Shown: positions 9,467 through 22,472 of the stretch, in pieces
How the letters are laid out: every line of letters begins with the position of its first letter
Numbering within the stretch: position 1 is the first letter of the stretch
NCBI GenBank assembly: GCA_973895155.1
Contig: OZ316893.1
Location: 19,472,857 to 19,536,856 of the forward strand
DNA: 64,000 nt
Origin: Marsupella aquatica
Lineage: Eukaryota > Plantae > Marchantiophyta
Direction: 5' to 3'
Position numbers and translations under genes: made by a program
The notes under the pieces: generated by a model
Told to the model about the DNA's origin: nothing
Database searches by the model: none
What the model saw: only the letters and a program-made list of their open reading frames with translations

Positions 9467-12373
9467 CTAAAGATATTTATCTACAAGTCTTCCAAGCACC
9501 TGGTTCCAAGCATCTATGGGCCCAGGCAGGCACCAGTGAAGGCAGTCATTGGGATGATATACAGTAGGATCCAATCCAAAGTCCGGGTGGGGCACACGGA
9601 AACGACCTGGATGTCCATCAGCTCGTTGCAACGATACTTTTGTCACATCCAGAACTTCAATCCGAGCATCCTTCTTCAGCTGACTGTTCTGTTTGACGAT
9701 ACCATTGAACTCCTCAAAGAAAATGTCGTGCATAATGTTGTGTTCTCCTTGATATTGGGTACTCTCCAGTGGTTGAAGTGGCAGTTCTCTTTTGCAATCT
9801 CCACCATTATCCCATGATCCGTTCTCGAAATGCGAGAGGGGAAATGTGCTCATCACGGCGACACCTCTATACTCATTAGAAACCTTTTCCAGAACCTGGC
9901 GGATCGCTACTCTATAAGCCTCGTGATATGAAAGGTCGGTCAGGTTTAATCCTGGGCAATAGTGACACCCAATCACCTCCTGTTGCTTCATGTACAACGC
10001 CATTTTAGGGAACCACTGACCTGTTGAGAAAACGATGAAGTCGAAATCCTGCATCACAGATGTCCATGCAGGATCCAGCACATCCAAATAGACTAGACTT
10101 CGGCCTGTCGCAAAACCCATTTCTCCTGCATCGTCGACATCTTTCAGTAGGTACGGAGACCAAAGCCTAGCCAAAATGAATTGATGTTCTTTGAACAGCC
10201 ACCGGCTTGTCTTGTCGTCCTTTGAAACGAACGTTCTAATGGGTATCTCCACCTGCAGGGTAGACAAAGTCGCGGTAATATTTAGTGAAGGACGAAATCA
10301 GCTAATGAAACATTACCGAACTCGAGTCCTGAATCTAATAATAGAGCCATCTGGTCCTGATGAGTCATCATAACGTTAATTCATCGCGTTACGAATCTCG
10401 ACGGCAAAATACTGGTCAAATCCTTAAAACCCCAAAAGCGGAAGGCAGCAAACAAAGTTAAACCAACAATCAGATGTGACCGACACTCGATCGGGGATGA
10501 TTATCTGAACTCCTCCATCTTCTGAAGGAGACATGGCTCAAACAGAATATGGCATTCATGCGTCTAAAGAGCAACTTAGTGTACCTGAGACAGTAGACAT
10601 TGCAGGGATTGCATTTGGTTGCGAGAAATGGAGTCCCCTGCGAAGGCGATCGCCTTGCCCCTGAACTTGTCCAGAAATAGCTTGGCGTCAAAACGAGGCA
10701 GGTCGCAACCGTGAGGTTTCCATCTCCAATACAAATACTCGGTATCTGGCCTTCCGTTGGACAAGCAATCTTGAAACTCTTGAATGTAGGAGCACGTCGA
10801 ATTCGTGTACAGAGGACCTTCCGGATCGTGCTCCCACTCCCCTTTACCGAGATCGCACTCTCCTGCAAAGACAAATGTCTCTTCTTCAGCCGCTATACTT
10901 ACAATTGCACCTAGAAAGGGGTCCTACTTACCCAGTGATTAAATATGATGTTGAACTCGATCTTCTCCTCGAGGTTATAATTAGGCTGACAGACATTCGA
11001 GAATTAAGTCGCCGGGCGACACGCAGAATTAGGGAATTCGAAGGATTTTCTAGTGGACATTAAACCAAAGTAATGCTGCTCACGCGAACACAGTAGTGAT
11101 ATGCATTCAAAAGGTGACGTAAAACCAAAAAGCGAAGTGAGAGGATGAGATGACGCCGATGCGGTTTGGTTTTCGGGTACTTTCGAACATGGCCTTAAAC
11201 CTTGGTAACAATCTTGCATTGAGGGAGCAGATTTCAGATATTAATTATTGCAAAATGACATGCAGATGCTAATGACTCTTGGAACAGGAAAACAACGAAG
11301 GAACGGTTTAGGTCTGAAGAGAAGATGGAAATGATCGCAATACCTGTAGGCATTTCTCCATAAATCTGGCCACTGCCCTGCTGTGGTCTATCTTCCTCCT
11401 TATCAACCTGCTCCACAGGTTTTTGTTCTTCCCTTGCCAGCTTCGGCAGCTTCGTCTCCTGGTGATCTTCCGGCTGCTGCTGTGGTTTATCTTCCTCCGC
11501 AACAACGTGCTCCACGGGTTTCTGTTCTTCTGTTAGCTTGGGCAGCTTTGTCTCCTCGTGTTCGTCCCGCTGCTGCTGTGGTCTATCTTCCTCCTTATCA
11601 ACCTGCTTCACGGGTTTTATTTCTTCCTCTGCTAGGTTAGACAGCTTCGTCTCCTCGTGCTCTTCCCGCTGCTGCTGCGGTCTTTCTTCCTCATTGACCT
11701 GCTCCATGGATTTTTGTTGTTCCTCTGGCAGATTAGGCAGCTTTGTCCCCTCCTGCTCTAAGTTGTCTTCGTTGACATCTACACGTTTCTCTCCTTCGTT
11801 TTCAACATTCTCTTCGTCTTTGGACTCGTCCTGCTGCATATTACCCACATCACTTCTCACTCCTTGGGGTCTTGATTCCTCAGCAGCACTCGTATTTTCC
11901 TCCCTCTTCTTCTCGGCATACATTTTAACCATCTCCGTAGCCTCATGTTGTTGTTCTTCCTTCTCGTTATCCTCAGGCAAGCCGGAGTCCTCTCCGTTGG
12001 TTGATGCTGGCGAGAAATCTTTCATAAACTCCGTTGAATTCTCAAATCCAGCGGGAATGATTTTGTCATCCGATGTCCGATAGTGATTGTGGTTGATCCT
12101 ATTGTCGTGGGCGTCCTCGTCGGGTCGAATGAGAGGAGATTGTCCTGGTAATGCATTTTCCACGGGCCGCAAGCTGATTGTGGGGGTGCGGCCAATAGCC
12201 TCTGAGTGGAAGGGGAATGCGGTTTCGGATAGGAGCAATAACCGCAATAAAATGAAAGGCACAACTGGAGCCAAAATCCAGGACACTATATATCGGTTCT
12301 GGGTGAAGAGCTTTCTCGAGTCCGACCATACTGATGATCGCTCCGACCCAGCAGAATCTTCCGAGAACGTCAT
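9467..12373 (-). CDS. TBL: Trichome birefringence-like (PMR5N + PC-esterase) polysaccharide O-acetyltransferase, 3 exons: 12373-11344, 10862-10585, 10252-9467 (~697 aa)
   Basis: GT-AG introns keep the frame (phase 1, then phase 0). The protein has an N-terminal TM helix ([21 protein letters not shown]), the PMR5N/TBL motif CDLGKGEW...C...C..NGRPD..YL.WRWKP.GC, catalytic GDS ([11 protein letters not shown]) and C-terminal RADGHP...[15 protein letters not shown] (DxxH). Confidence 0.95.
11385..11745 (-). repeat. Coding tandem repeat (~87-90 bp, ~29-30 aa) x4 in the TBL stalk
   Basis: Unit [33 protein letters not shown] repeated four times. Confidence 0.9.
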
Positions 12374-13324
12374 GCTCTCTTCTCGACCCCGTTCTCGACC
12401 CTGTGAACAATGTAGCTCGCTCTCGGACTGCTAACAATTGTATCGAACGACAGTTCTCATCTTCCTCAACCAGGTGCGCTTGTTGGCGATTGCCTTCATG
12501 TTGCACAAGGATCCATGACAGTCAGAAGCGTGAGCTCCGCGTAGAGCTTAATTCTTCATCGTACATAACCTTTCATACCAAACACCGATATCGTTACGTT
12601 GTGAAGATCGGTCAAGCCCCCCACGACTTTCCAAACTACAATGACGGATCACGAGCCCGATTGCAGTACCGTCACGTACCTGCCACAGAGCAAACATTGT
12701 CAAGACCGACGACACAGGTGATGATCACGATAAATACATAACTCATAAAAGGAAGGACGAACGAGGTAGTCTACATGGATACAAGAATGCTACATTCTCA
12801 ATAGAGTACTATACTCGCAAATTGGTTTACCTGGGCAATCCAGTCATTGGTACATACAACGCGGTGCGTAGCTGCACTCCAATCTGCCAGATGCTCACAA
12901 GAGCATACAACCCTCGCAACGTCATCCAGATGATGATCCGCTAATGCAGTCCATGATGAGGAAAGAGCGAGACAGGAGCATCGGAGCAATCTACATAGGA
13001 CACGAATCCAATCCACAAATGCCGCCAGTTATACAATTCCAGTCCGACCAAGCAGCCAAGCCAATTGAGCGTCGGAGCAATCTACGTAGGACAAGAATCC
13101 AATCCACCAGTTACACAATTCCAGTCCGATCAAGCAGTCAAGCCAATCGCACAGCGCTCCGAACTATGGGTGTGCCCGGCATTGCCTGATGAGTCGCTCA
13201 TACAGCTCATCCGTGCTTTCGATCGGCAATCTCCGTACTAGAGTGGTGTCGCCAACACTACAGCAGTGAGTAAACTCCATAACATGGGCAGCGAGTCGAG
13301 AACAGCCTAAACAAGCTTCGGAGC

Positions 13325-13710
13325 TCCATGACATCGAATGGCCGTTATTACGGTGCTACTCTAAAATACCGATGGCATCCACTGATATTCAAATTGGCGG
13401 GAAGTAGCCGATTTTCTCTAAGGAAACGCGCATATCGAGGAGCTACTGTAGCTGAATGCTTCCGCCTTCCTCTGATCGATGTCGCCTTCTTTTCACACGA
13501 AGTGTAACAGGTTTAGCAGTTTAGCCCCAGAACTCTGACGGCGCACTATTGGCTTCCACTTGGAGGAAACAAGACCAACGAGGCAACGACCCTGGGACTG
13601 GACATAATTATGTATGGTACTTGGCTACGAGGACAGTTTTTAAGATCTTGCTCCGTAATATACAAAATACTTTGGGCAGCACATCTCATGTGTGCGAAGT
13701 CATAATTACT
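13325..13710. repeat. Low-copy segment C duplicated at ~15625-15930 and ~16250-16272
   Basis: Shared GACATCGAATGG, CTAAAATACCGATGGCA, GAAGTAGCC, ATCGAGGAGCTA, ATGTATGGTACTTGGCTACGAGGACAGT and CATGTGTGCxAAGTCATAAT. Confidence 0.8.
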
Positions 13711-14260
13711 TCCATAGTAGTTCTATTCTCTGGACTCGTTTACAATGCTCCTATGCAATCCCTTCATGAAACACATATCAAGTCCACAAACAGGAAGTTC
13801 AGACCAAAGGACAAACGAGGGGGCCTGAAGCACGCCGTAAAATGACCTCGCAGACAAGGCTATCTCCTCCGTTCCTTGGATTCTTGGCTATTAAATGCCA
13901 TGCCACCCGGGGATCCGCGGAGCCTTGACTGCCAAGCTAGTGTCGGTCTAGACTGCTGTACGAAGAGGGCAAGAGAGTCACTGCCACTGGTGCTCTGAAG
14001 TCTACAATAGTGAAATCTATTCCATTGATGCAACCAGGGGATCCGCGGTGCCTTGACTGCCGGGAGTCAGTCTCGACCGTGCTGTACCAACAAGGCAAGA
14101 GAGTCTTTGCTAGTCTGATACAGTGATACGCCGAAATCTCAATGCACTAGTGATGTAAATTAGGAATGATTAATCTACGAGAGACGTCTCGTACTTCCAA
14201 GTCACCCATTATAAAAGAAACATGACTCACCTCAATCTTGATGTCGATTTTGACACCTCG

Positions 14261-14916
14261 TTGTAAACGTCATTCCTAGTTTTTTTTAGATCCTCCCATT
14301 CTATCTTTTTTGTCCATGTTGGAATAGTGACAACTTCTTTGCAGCTTTTCACAAGGCGCATGGTTCACATGTACAACAGATCAAACTGAGGTTTAAAGAA
14401 TGGGAGTATATAAAAAAAATGCCCTAAACCCTAAATACCCCTTTATATGGAGAGTTTCAATCTATAATTTAATTGATAATATCCGATCATGATTTAATCA
14501 TGGTTGATATGAATGTATTGTTTGGGAAGACATTGTGTACATTGTCTTCCCATCACACTTAGCATTGTCTTCTCACCTAAATTCAATTTGCAATTAGTGA
14601 TAGATACTGGTCCCCCATTAACATTTCATTGACTGGTTTTGTAATGTAAGACCTGGTTATTATTTACTCTTGGGTTGTTTCCCTTTCATGTGATTGTCTT
14701 ACTACTTTATAGCCCTGGTTTTTTCTGAGTGCATTCATATCAACCATGATTGAATCATGATCGTACATTACCAATTAAATTATAGAAACCTCACTTCAGT
14801 TGTACATGTGCACCATGCCCCTCGTGAAAAGCCGCAGAAAAGTCGTCACCATTCGAGCGTGGACAAGGAAAACAGAATGAGAGTATATAAAAAAAAATGC
14901 AGAATGATGTTTATAA
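14261..14916. mobile_element. Foldback / long-TIR MITE-like element
   Basis: 14261-14380 is the imperfect reverse complement of 14796-14916, and 14452-14520 is the imperfect reverse complement of 14729-14792. It interrupts the duplicated A/B segment. No TSD was identified. Confidence 0.75.
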
Positions 14917-16458
14917 AGCAAAGACATTTCATGTCAATGTCTTCGCATGAGAATAACCCTAATGTAGATGGACATGTAGCGTGAATGTTCAATGCCTACA
15001 GTTCAGTTTGCGGCATGATAATGGTTGTAGTTCAACAACGCATGGTCATTGTGATTTTGAGCATGGTTCGTGGTTGAAATGACTATAGTGACAATTGACC
15101 CAGTTTGGTCTTTGTAAAGCAGAAATTCATTTTCTAATAATTTTTAGAAAAACAAAGTATAAGGATCATAAAGAGGGGGTTATTGGGGCTGGGGCAAAAA
15201 TGTTCCAAGGGGCTGATCAAGCAAACTATCTCCAAGAGAGGGTCTATTAAACATATCCCTCAAATTAGTAGCGACCATTCATAGTTGGTACACCTAAGTG
15301 TCCACTACCATATTTTGTGTTCCCTCCTTGATTTCATGAGTACCGTATGTCATAATCATGCAAGCTTTCCGCGTAGGTCTGACATGCTTTCTGGGGTCCT
15401 GGCCCGCAGCCCTTGAGGATGGCATTGAGCCATTGAGGGTTTCGTGCCTCGTCCCGGGTACACCTGTTCGTCAGCGGTACAACAGCTGGCAATTGGTTTT
15501 TCCTTGGAGACAGCATACAAAAGTTGCACCTCAATTTGCTGTTTTTGTTGAGAATTAACCTGAAAACAGCATAAACAAGCACTGGTGTACCAAGGATCGG
15601 TGTGTATGAAGTGAAGGCATTGCGGAGCTACACGACATCGAATGGGTGCGAAGTAGTTTAATACTAGTGTAATTACCATGTACGAGTCTAAAATACCGAT
15701 GGCACCTAATGTTCTTCAAATTGCCCAGAAGTAGCCAATTTTCTGTAATCAAACACGCACATCGAGGAGCTAGGTATCTCACTCTTTTCATGCGACGTGA
15801 AACAGGTCTGGAGAAATCTGACGACACACTGATGGGTTTCACTTGGAGAAACGCGACCAGTGACCATGGGACGTTGCATAACATGTATGGTACTTGGCTA
15901 CGAGGACAGTGTTCAAGATGTTGCTCAGTAAGTGGCTGAACTATGTTCACCTATGTGACGGGGGCCCCCAAAAAGCCCCAAGATAATTTTGTCAAAAATA
16001 CATCTGAACTCCAATACTGTACTGCAATACTGAACTTATATATAATTTCTCTTCTTCAAAAAAAGACCAAAACAAAATTCATTGTATATCATATGGTATT
16101 TCTATTCAGGTAAGATCATAATGGCTTACGTAGAGATGAAAGAGGTGAGAAGAACATTTAATAATTTGTCTTTTTGTTTATCTCATTCTTTTGTTTTTTT
16201 CCACTTTGTTGAGCCTAATGTGACCAACCCACGGGCCTGAGATACAAAATACTCATGTGTGCAAAGTCATAATCATCTTTATCATCAATTCAATCAATAC
16301 TATAATACACAATCGGGTCAATTTCCCATGGTTGACTCCTACTAAAATGAAAAAATGCAAGAAGCAGATTTGGACTTATGTTGAGAAACTGTATTTTGTT
16401 GACCGTTTAATCAAACTAATTTTTTTAGAGTTTTATAACCTGGCTGTCCACAGTATTA

Positions 16459-16683
16459 CTAGTTCAAAACATGTGCAAGTTACACAAAAACTGTAGTGTC
16501 GGCCAAGATGTGGTTGAGAAAAAAGATGTAGTGTCTACCAAGATATCATTGACAAAAAATGTCGTGTCAGTCAAAAAGTCGTTGAAACAAAGGATAATGT
16601 GTCGGTCAAGAAGTGGTTGGGAAAAAAATGTTGTGTTGGCCAGGATGTAGTGTCGGCCAAAATGTCCTTAAGAAAAACATTTG
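16459..16683 (-). mobile_element. 3' part of a non-autonomous Helitron-like element (same family as 49351-50682), interrupted by an LTR element
   Basis: Minus strand ends GTGTAACTTGCACATGTTTTGAACTAG|T (degenerate hairpin plus CTAG). It carries the GTCGGCCAAGATGTxGTTGAGAAAAAA ~34-bp repeats also seen at 49380-49800. Confidence 0.6.
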
Positions 16684-19600
16684 TGTTGAGGAATGATGCG
16701 GGAAATGATAATGAGATTCCTCTCTATAGAATGAATGGGTGCATCTCTATATATAGTCTTCGTCCAAGTTATCCTATACGGTAACTATGGTTAAGGTAAC
16801 CATGGAGTCTAGTTAGGGTATAACACTCCCTCTTGGCTATATAGTGATAACTATGTAGACAAAAAGTCTTCTAACTAGAGTATCATGCTTATAAACATGA
16901 CATGATTTGAGTACAAATGAGGAAGGTACTGCCTCGTTAAAACCTTTAACAGCTCTAAAAAACTCTATCAGGGTAACAGAGAAGAAAAAAATATATTGGC
17001 TCTAAAGGAAAAAGAGTACAGCCCTGTCGATCCTCAAGTGAATCCGGTGGTACGTGGAGTTAATAGTAACAACTCCACTCCGTCAAAATGAACAAGTTGT
17101 CGTATGCTCAACAACAACGCGACATGTCTCCAAATCGCTCACCATCGCGCATACATCCACACATACATCCTCGCATCGAATACAAATTAAAACATATATG
17201 AAAAATGATTAGTAATTAAGTTATTATCATAAAATCACTTGTCCGTGGCTCATCTGCGCAAAGTGTAAAGTATAATAATAAATAATGTCATCTCGTGCAA
17301 CTGAGTACGTAAAGTATGGGATGTAAAAAGTCCAAAAAATATGATCTCCCCTTCAAAACAAGGTTTTGAGGAATATATTATTCTCGTAAAACTCAAATAT
17401 CGAAACTCTCCCTTAGAGTTCAAGGACTCCTAATTAGATTCTTAAATAGAGGGTTCTTGTGCAAAATGCACAATTCGCAAGCGTGTGTAGTCGACACACA
17501 AAGAAATCTCTCAATCTTAGATTTCAAAAACATGTAATATCAAGTAGTTTTTATGTGAAAATAATCTGCAGCACCAAAGGGTGTGCATTCACAACACCAG
17601 CGGGTGTGTGTATAATATGGCACGTCTGCCCTGCACGTATGCAGTTCTCATATTTTGACAAAAAGTGTCAAGTCAATATAACTTCACAAATAACCCTGTG
17701 GAATCCAAACATTCAGTCGAACGTCCATGTGTGTCATAGCACAGAAAAATGCTAGCTCAAAGTGATTCGCTATCTAAATATTGGCAGTTAAACCCCTAAA
17801 GGGTTATTGATTATCCACTTTTGGATATGGCCGGAAACTAAGGTCATGGAACTAACCTGAAGTACTGTACCTTAGATTATTCTGGATCTTTCGTGAGAAA
17901 CATATCTGCCATCGATCACTAGATCTCAGAAAATCTATACCTTACCAAAATACCTCAAAAACTAGGTCATAGAACATGGTTAAAGGTATGGTATTAGTTC
18001 CATACTTAAAAACTATCATCCCACCAAACAATGGCTATAAAAGCTCTCGTTGGGGTTGTTCATGGTGTAAAGACCATGAGGATAAGACCCTTAAGTAAGA
18101 TATTGTCCTAATGTAGGGTGTAAATGGGTGTAAACCCATGTCAATTGGTGTAAAGTTGTAAATGGTCAATTTACGCACAAAAAGTGTATGGACCAAAGTT
18201 TACTCCCCCTGATGGTGTAAATTGGTGTACACCAGTGTAAATGCTGTAAGCAAGTGTAATCTGGTGTAACCAGTATAAACAAGTATAAACCCAATGTAAA
18301 GCATGAGATTATACAATGGTAAGACATACACTAGTGTAAACTGGTGTCATGAGGTATAATCTAGAATGGTATCATTAGGTGTAAACTAGGGGTGTAAAAT
18401 GGTGTAAAAACCATTTTGTGATTGAGATGGGTGTAATAACCACTTGTAAATGGAAAGTAGAGGTATTTGGTATAAAACCATTATTTCCAATGTGCAAAGT
18501 CAAGTAAGGGTGGTATGACCCCGGGTATGACATATAAATATGTCAAATGCATGTAAAGCATGTGTTGCACATGTAAGGCATGTTAATGTATGCAAATTCA
18601 ACAAGTGACATGTAATTTCCCTAAACCAGTTGATGTGTTTACATGTGTAAACTGTGTAAATTGTTGTGTAAATTTGCAATGTGCACTTATCATTTTCCAT
18701 TTCATTTGTTTATCCATAAGTGCAAAACATCCGTTGTCAACAAGATTTTCTTTGTTAATATGTGCATATATGGATAGTTTTTCAAAAATGAAGATTTTGC
18801 ACTGAAGCACATGGGATTCTCTTGTCTTTGGATAAGTGCACCCAAGCATTTGTATTTCAGAAACTCTTTACTATACTGTGCATTTAATGAGGGTTTCACT
18901 TATCTGGTGTTCGAGTTTTTCTCGAGGATTTTGAGATCGAATGTTGCATGTTTAAGTCACTCATGTGTGTCTCTTGAAATCTCACTTGTCGCTTTGGCTC
19001 ATTCATTGATTGCGATCAGCTTCTCAGGCTCATTCTTGGACAAGCACAACATTCCATATTTAGGATTCAGAAAATGCTATCAGATCTAGACCCCATAATG
19101 ATGACTCGTTTCTTTCGCTGGATGCCATCTCCCGTACGTTCACAACCAAAGCCAAGATGTTCTTCCTCCACGACATTTGCTTCTATCTTCTCCAATTTGA
19201 TACGACTGTATCAAATGGCTCTTATTGGAATCTTCATTGAATCAGCAAACGACCAATTCAACATCCATGTTTGGCCTCTTGTAATGCCTATACTTCACTC
19301 GATCATGTGTAATGGGCATTTCCTTTCATCCTTTATGGCTCGCAGATCGACCAACAAGAAACTGTCAGCGGTTGAGAAACATTGTGAAATTCAAGGAAAG
19401 AGAAGGCGCCTGCGTTCGTCCCTTATGAGGTTAGGGTTTTGAAAATTTTTCTTATGATCCCGATCGGGTCCTGATTTTCTCTCGATCCACCCGGCTTCAA
19501 CTCATCGCCTCGAGTGATTTAGGTTGATCTGGCCTGGTTGGGTAGAAGGAAGTAGCGCGGCTGAACTCGATTTCTCTTGCCTCAGCCATAGCTTTCCACT

Positions 19601-20057
19601 TGACTCAAATCATTGCCTTGAATACTGCTTTCCCACACGATCTTCAGAATCACCCTTCAAAACAAAATTTCTTTTGATCATATCACAGCCTTCATAAGTT
19701 TGCTCTCGGCGCGACCACAATGCTACATCCTGTCGTTGCTTCAACGTGACTCATGTTCTCTTGGTGGTTCAAACTACTAGCCTTCTCACTCCCAATTCAA
19801 TTCTCCTCCATAACTTGGAAATCCTTAAGAGAACATTCATTCATCATAGCCATAGGGAAATTCCTAAAAAAAATTCATGATCAAGCTCAGCTGGTCTAGA
19901 GTCGTGCTGATAACGTGTTGAGGAATAATGCGGGAAATGATAATGAGATTCCTCTCTATAGAATGAATGGGTGCATCTCTATATATAGTCTTCGTCCGAG
20001 TTATCCTATACGGTAACTATGGTTAAGGTAACCATGGAGTCTAGTTAGGGTATAACA
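16684..20057 (-). mobile_element. Non-autonomous copia-type LTR retrotransposon with 142-bp LTRs (Bianca-like PBS)
   Basis: LTRs 16684-16825 and 19916-20057 (TG...CA, 2 mismatches seen), 5-bp TSD ATTTG, PPT-like AGAGGGAG next to the left LTR, and PBS-like CGTTATCAGCACGAC (19901-19915, minus) next to the right LTR. Only a decayed RNase H-end-like MADMFLTK (~17890-17915) is recognisable inside. Confidence 0.9.
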
Positions 20058-20808
20058 ATTTGGTATTAATTGCAACTTGTTGTTGAGAAAAAATATTTGA
20101 TTAAGTGTATTAATATTGCTAAGTATAAAATGATCAATAAGTAAAATGTGTCATTAGTAATGAAATAAAAAATATTATTAGACACAAAAAGGAAAGAATA
20201 ACATTGTCACTTCGTAAAATACATCACCCTAGCTACATCACACTTATAAACGGTCCAACAGGTACTCTATGCACGTGACAGGAGGATTGCAAAAGTATGT
20301 ACTGTGGCACCTGGCCTGCTTGCCTTCCTACGCACAATAGAAAAACAGGGAAACAATGGAAAAAGAATTAAGAAATAAAATAAGAAAAGGATAAATAAAC
20401 GAAAAGGATAGAAATCAAAGCCTCGATTGACTTGAAGTGTCTCCTATCATATCATTCACATGAACTGTGACACAAAAATTGAGCATTATACATGTAATGA
20501 TGATTTGGTGTAAAATTGATGATCCCTTTACACAGTCGATAAGAATGAGTAGGGACAATGTCCCGGTCCATCGGGCTTTTGTTTCATGGATTGAAGGTTT
20601 ACATTTAGCATTGTATTTGAAAATTTTAATTACTTCTCATACTCCTCGACCATGGCAAGAAGCAACTGCAAGCTTAAATGGCAGTTTTCTGCCAAAACGC
20701 TCCTTTGTCATTAACAAGGTTTTGGTTGACTGTTTAGGGTGCTAATCAGAAAATGTTTGTCCTAATCAAGAATTGTTATTTTCCTGGGTGTCATTGTTGT
20801 TGCCTTTC

Positions 20809-21040
20809 TTTTGAGCATAGACGACAATTGTAATGGGAAGCCCATAAACCATCCAACGCACAAATAATCGACACAGAGAGATATGTGATTCACTTCAGCT
20901 CGAGGCTACGTCCACAGGAACACACGAGAGCTTTATTATATTCTAGGCCCGTCGGCCATACCAAGTCTCCGCAATACAAGATCTTCCTATCTCTCAACTG
21001 GCTCTCTTAGGCTAGCTAGACTAAGAGTAAATGCTTAACA
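20809..21040 (-). mobile_element. Solo LTR related to the LTR of the copia element at 52779-59274
   Basis: The reverse complement matches TGTT...ATTTACTCTTA...GAGAGATAGG...CCGACGGGC...GTGGACGTAGCCTC...TGTGCGTTGGATGGTT...GTCGTCTATGCTCAA. It is flanked by a perfect 5-bp TSD CTTTC and lacks the 18-bp array. Confidence 0.9.
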
Positions 21041-22472
21041 CTTTCTATGTTGTTTTCCTGTTAATCATCAATGCACGTTAAAGGTGCAAGATCAGCTGGA
21101 GGTCTGGGTGACTCAAAGGGTGCACATCATTTGACAGAAGCAACACGTTTGATCACAAACAGAGGCTGCTCAAATCTGCCTGGGCCAGCATTTCAGGAGT
21201 TTCAAATCATTTGGTCATTGTTTGGATTCTTGGGTGGTGATGCATGGTGGGGTAGTTGCTAGATTGGATACACTAGGGAGTTTTTGCACTAGAGTATGCC
21301 AATTTGGAGAAACTGTGTGACCGTTCTCCCAAAAGGTAACAGATAATGGTGACGATGGGAAGCCAAGGCAAAGCGTGTATTTGAGAATCTGCAGCGGAGA
21401 CGATGCGGGTGAGGGTGTAGGTTCACATGATTGGCAAATCTGCAGATGGAGATGAATAGCCTTGGCACTATATATGGTAATGGGTTATATATTGACATGG
21501 GAAACATTGAGTGTTTGGGCAAAGAGGCATTGATAGTAAAGCAGGCTATGAATGCAAGAGTGCAGAGTGCAGAAACGAAAGGAAAGAGAGCACAAGAATG
21601 AAGCATTATTGTCCCGTGCATGTGCCCAAACTAAGGGCACACAAGGCAATGTAAACATTGGCAGAAATGAGCAATTGTTGCACCTTGTGACCACCTTCTT
21701 GGTAAGAAATTGTCAGGGTTGTTTTTTCACATTGAAGACAGTGAGTTTGAAATTGCTATACTTCAAATGACAACACCCCATAGCGCAAACACTCATAGAA
21801 AGTGAGGATTGAAGCTCTCCACCACCCGGAAGTGTTTGATTATGGGGGTCACATGCCCCAAACCCAAACAAGCCTGGATACTAGAAAGTCAGGGAGCTCT
21901 CTACCACCGGAGCTTGTTGTAACTTGGCTAGGTTCAGACTCCATTCAGGTGATGACCTTGAAGGGTTGGATTCATCTGGGTTCTGTCCTGGCTTTCAGAG
22001 TCCATTGCCAATGACATGCTACAACTAGTAGTCATGTCATAACAGTTTCTCAAAATCCCAGTCTCCAAATCCTACATTTTGACGCCATGGGCCCTTAGCT
22101 TATATAAATTGGACTGATTTCTATAGTCAATTTTTAAACAGCTAAGATACAGCCATTATAATATATTAGAATGACTTTTATTTGCATGAAGATGGGTCTA
22201 CAATAGTGTGGTACACGTGTCAGTATAACAGTGCTACACATGTCCCACATGTCCAGTTCTGATTAGACCAAGTGTATACATATAAGATGATGTTTTTCTA
22301 TTTTTGCCTATTCTAAAGGCTTAGTATGAATATTATGGGGAGAGAGATTAGGAACGGGTTTCCAGGGGGGGAGGGGAAGCATGGCAACCGGTGTGAGTGG
22401 GGTTAGATGAAATTGTTAGTGGGATCCCTGGTTTCTGCCAAGTTTGCTACCCTCAGAAGGTAAGATTATATA

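Noticed and set aside
11538-12083. Ser/Cys-rich plus-strand ORFs (also 36344-36979)
   Set aside because: They are antisense shadows of the Glu/Gln-rich TBL exon 1.
15334-15679. Cys-containing ORFs in duplicated segment B'
   Set aside because: The reading frame is not conserved with the paralogous segment at 8300-8520, so coding function is unsupported.
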